Virus record (IMG/VR): IMGVR_UViG_3300047548_000772
Coordinates: 32,001 to 96,000 of that record
DNA: 64,000 bases
Source: a virus
Strand: one strand, 5' to 3'
A program made the translations under genes and the position numbers. The notes beneath the pieces are model-generated. The model made no database searches. It was not told the origin of the DNA and saw only the letters and a list, made by a program, of their open reading frames with translations. Each line of letters starts with the position of its first letter. Position 1 is the first letter of the stretch. This document shows, piece by piece, positions 62,801-64,000 of this stretch.

Positions 62801-64000
62801 TGTAACAATTGTTGACCCTGCACTATACTCAACGGTATATTGTCCGTTGTTGTTATAACCGTTATCAATTGTCAAGAACGAACCTTGTACACTTACCCAG
62901 ACCGGTTCGGGGATTTCAAAATCAAAAGTAAATTGATTGTTAGATACGTCTGCAACTGTAAACTCTTGCACGGTGCGGTGGATATAGTGTGCAGATCCAG
63001 CACGAACAAATGTGCTCACAGTATTATCAGGTGCACCAACAATAATATCACTGCCATCATTGCCAACGGTCACAGAATGACCAAATCTAGCAAGCCCAGT
63101 TAAACCACCAACTGTAAACTGATCAACATATCTAAAGTATGTTCCTGATGAAATTAACAAGTTACCGTTGTTAATAGGATTTAACAAGGTTAATGTAGCA
63201 ACTGTCGACCCATCGTCAATAGGATCAAACGTGTAATCGATTCCTGGGCGCAAAATAGTTTCGTTGTTATAAACTGTAATTGATTCTGCGCTAGTCGCAG
63301 TATAAATGCTAGTTAAATCAAAATCATTAGTAGGCGCCCAATATAAAGTGTCAGGAATATTAACGCCTACTGGAACATCATCAATAGCAACATAAATGTC
63401 ATGATTGATGTCAATTACATACTGACCTTCGGTCCAAGTTTGAGTGTTTAGCCACACATCAATTGGGAACGATTTACTTTGATTGCGAATTACTCTTATC
63501 TCATCGCCTGGGTTTGGTGCTACGTTAAACACAACTCCAGTGCCATTGTATGAATAGTCACGATCGGTTCCTGAAACATTTGGATACTTAGGAATGTTAT
63601 TTACAGTAACGCCTAGCTGTAGTGCGCCAACTGAAAGATCTGTACCATTGACAATAACAGTATCGTTTGTAGCGAATGTAACAGTTGACCCGTCACCGAT
63701 AAATTCTTTAACTTGGAATTCAACATCTACACGAGAGTAAGCCATTGCTGAATCGTTAGACGGAGAGCCAACATAGATCCAACGCTCGTCGGGACTAATA
63801 GCAACACTATATCCAAATTCGTCTGTGCCTACCGATGTTGGCGGAACTAGTAGTTGTGTTGGAATGTAATCGCCGGTATTAGGGTTTCTATAAACTACGC
63901 CGGCATGACCGCGGTCACCAGTTAACGATGGTGCACCAATAACAGCCCAGGTGTTACTACCAGCATCAATAGACCAACCATAGTTTTCCATGTCAGTTGT
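56822..64000 (-). CDS. Very large virion structural protein (baseplate/tail), 5' end outside window
   Basis: >2389 aa open frame; FG-GAP-like repeats (FGYSV, FGHSV, FGAAI, FGTSV, FGQSV), GDGxT repeats, acidic FD repeats. Confidence 0.8.
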   Translation of the reverse strand, partial: TTDMENYGWSIDAGSNTWAVIGAPSLTGDRGHAGVVYRNPNTGDYIPTQLLVPPTSVGTDEFGYSVAISPDERWIYVGSPSNDSAMAYSRVDVEFQVKEFIGDGSTVTFATNDTVIVNGTDLSVGALQLGVTVNNIPKYPNVSGTDRDYSYNGTGVVFNVAPNPGDEIRVIRNQSKSFPIDVWLNTQTWTEGQYVIDINHDIYVAIDDVPVGVNIPDTLYWAPTNDFDLTSIYTATSAESITVYNNETILRPGIDYTFDPIDDGSTVATLTLLNPINNGNLLISSGTYFRYVDQFTVGGLTGLARFGHSVTVGNDGSDIIVGAPDNTVSTFVRAGSAHYIHRTVQEFTVADVSNNQFTFDFEIPEPVWVSVQGSFLTIDNGYNNNGQYTVEYSAGSTIVTINNGVLSVGDAVEIATNNFFNVQTIISNNPHEKQLFGAAIDVCPTNCTTYIGVPNDSINLPEAGSTDRWINQIRQFGVVTTANQDPTLTPGDILYINNYSVSVVEPTSWNSLVTWAAGTFVINGSDIYRASQNVPIGIAISDTNYWTVSTWVDNFAQNIIDANVPNVTAFSSNGYLTISIVDDAAATAFNKLEVLPGPGTNNLFTDLGISTFIWSQTLRSPNETAYAHFGTSVNAGKNNLTLTVGAPDGEAQEPVTFDGGETTFDFNTTNFYSAADQSGVAYTFDYIGTSPAGSINDITKFVFGQQLYDPSLKSMEKFGQSVSYVGANLLVGAPSDRTDGDSTVVGGLVQFENPTRTPAWQAIYTQQPVVDVYLLDSIYTYDRLTSGVTQYFDFIDPLQGKILGAARQNIDFLGARDPAMYNVGTENNNGITWGEEHLGEIWWDLSTVRFVDYHQSTLQYASRRWGQVFPGSSVDVYQWIGSSVPPADYVDTVGVGTPYSTTSYTVNTKLNSNTGVFETRYFFWVKDIPEVATFAKKNLSTAAIKQYIENPKSAGIPYAAAVAPSAIALYNGAPYISAQDTILTVNFDRIKNDDNIHSEYDLVADGNPDAFIQAGLYRKLLDSFCGENTLGGLVPDPTLSPANRYGVQFRPRQSMFVDRFAALQNYLTRANNILSLYPIVDMRSFALLDSAEPEPSASSGLWNKRVATYEILTYQDLWAVPLGYNYLVASDETVEGLWTIYTVQMNSTGVERELHLSRVQTYDTRQYWSYVNWIKQGYNNNVKPLLEVPTYADLLRITPVVDLTVKVLKNSSGKYEVYQYQNTGTDVDPVYEWVRVVLEDGTIAISSVLWSYGEGAFGFDVEVFDSQRFDEAPIAETRQILKALNEEIFIDDLAIYRNQLLMLAFEFIMTEQGSPDWLFKTSLIDVNHKIRDLLPYQIYRRDNQDFVLDYIKEVKPYHVQIREFNLRYEGFDTYKGTLTDFDVPAYFDESASQFVSPILDDSEYPLDPISSRTGSWTGWQQIPYSQWFQNYTLYVDSVTIIDAGGAYTLPPKATVVPNPLDPNINNIVEATLSVQLYTDGTIRYIEVLTPGTGYTLTPSIYIEGEDSTGAWAVPVMNNELVRSFLTTIKFDRIDYTSSVIDWTENTNYDAGQLVRFNNAAYEVNENINSGTQFDPAYYTEVDPADLTASNRVMGYYNPGINEPGLELALVINGIDYPGVQVYGVNFDQNTGFDVGNFDINPFDNISYLPDGAPTYDPSILDATYTSEFLDPYLGILPAPAYDGAPPNLGPNPIVVSGGEFVDTYSSHAPEELVPGATFDTLDFRVYTRPGADWTGNGHGFPMYSRAFVYEPIIHSSFYFGGMSDEVTAVRVVNLTTGASLIPNVDYMIDWPTYTVEILPTTASVFDGNNIEVDVYGLGGGNQLYYKSYLGGDVGNNLVISVNFNEIYDLLVIVNGERITNYTYNSFATFFTEITFDNTYTDLDRVFVAAFGVQTPVQYDYSYPVTQYIPYTGSSTYNLTNSLVYTNMINAVVERSGLRLRPAEGIEYYGDNLTVEYALPTRAGTNQQYIASNEVIVFVDNVRKYPSLDFSLSPWTGTNNRYISFFTAPAAGAHIYIAVTTDADYTINPGNNLLTLYVSAIPGAPIAVTTWGDTRQQDLLTQVFVGPTTTGALESEGYDETDFDSGLVTGGPGTYDYAAGVVIYSNNFDTGRAILNPERLWVTKNGKRLAFGEGYTVSGTVVQLTGPIISLGDVVVITSFTQSVVPDAMEFRIFQDMRGNQVLYRMTPNTTTELVADLTADADVIYVADASHLSEPNLAIGIFGVITINGERITYRNRDVESNTVSGLRRGVAGTAADHHYVGAAVYDIGRGEALPAYYQQQVHNNTFYGDGVTDTFATDLPFYADMTAAMEGAVRVRVGGTELLPGTGAYVVSSISPTVAVQITTPPAEGVEVNVYIVEAHVMYAQGVGTASNGIALQEQTTKAAKFIRGQA

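Noticed and set aside
21347-63103. Short antisense or alternate-frame ORFs nested in long genes (e.g. 27463-27978, 54749-55183, 44739-45047)
   Set aside because: Fully overlapped by well-supported genes; explained by codon bias on the opposite strand.
1-64000. CRISPR array
   Set aside because: No regularly spaced direct repeats with unique spacers; recurring GGTTCGA motifs are tRNA T-loops.
1-64000. Stop-codon reassignment (alternative genetic code)
   Set aside because: Long genes end cleanly on TAA, TAG and TGA, coding density is high in code 11, and no CTA/TCA/TTA suppressor tRNA was found.
1-64000. Integrase, transposase, smpB, aminoacyl-tRNA synthetase or RNA ligase genes
   Set aside because: No ORF shows the diagnostic motifs in this window; they may lie elsewhere in the genome.

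Overview
A 64-kb segment of a large tailed dsDNA phage genome (T4-like/jumbo style; standard genetic code; host probably a proteobacterium, by inference from the tmRNA tag). Bases 1-19.1 kb hold a tRNA array of 31 intact or edge-truncated tRNAs covering all 20 amino acids, a split tRNA-Pro, a circularly permuted two-piece tmRNA (tag ANDEVYALAA), two HNH endonucleases, an rpoZ homologue, sugar-nucleotide enzymes and several unexplained, highly base-paired intergenic RNAs. Bases 19-30 kb carry early/middle genes behind sigma70-type promoters (MoxR AAA+/VWA pair, thyX, a family of small FxLRW-ending proteins). Bases 30-53 kb are a dense glycan/hypermodification island (epimerase, DegT aminotransferase, amidinotransferase, FkbM methyltransferase, carbamoyltransferase, five SPASM-first radical SAM genes, a B12 radical SAM, many glycosyltransferase-like genes). 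Bases 53-64 kb encode virion/tail structural proteins on the minus strand. All product calls come from motif recognition by eye; no database search or folding program was run.
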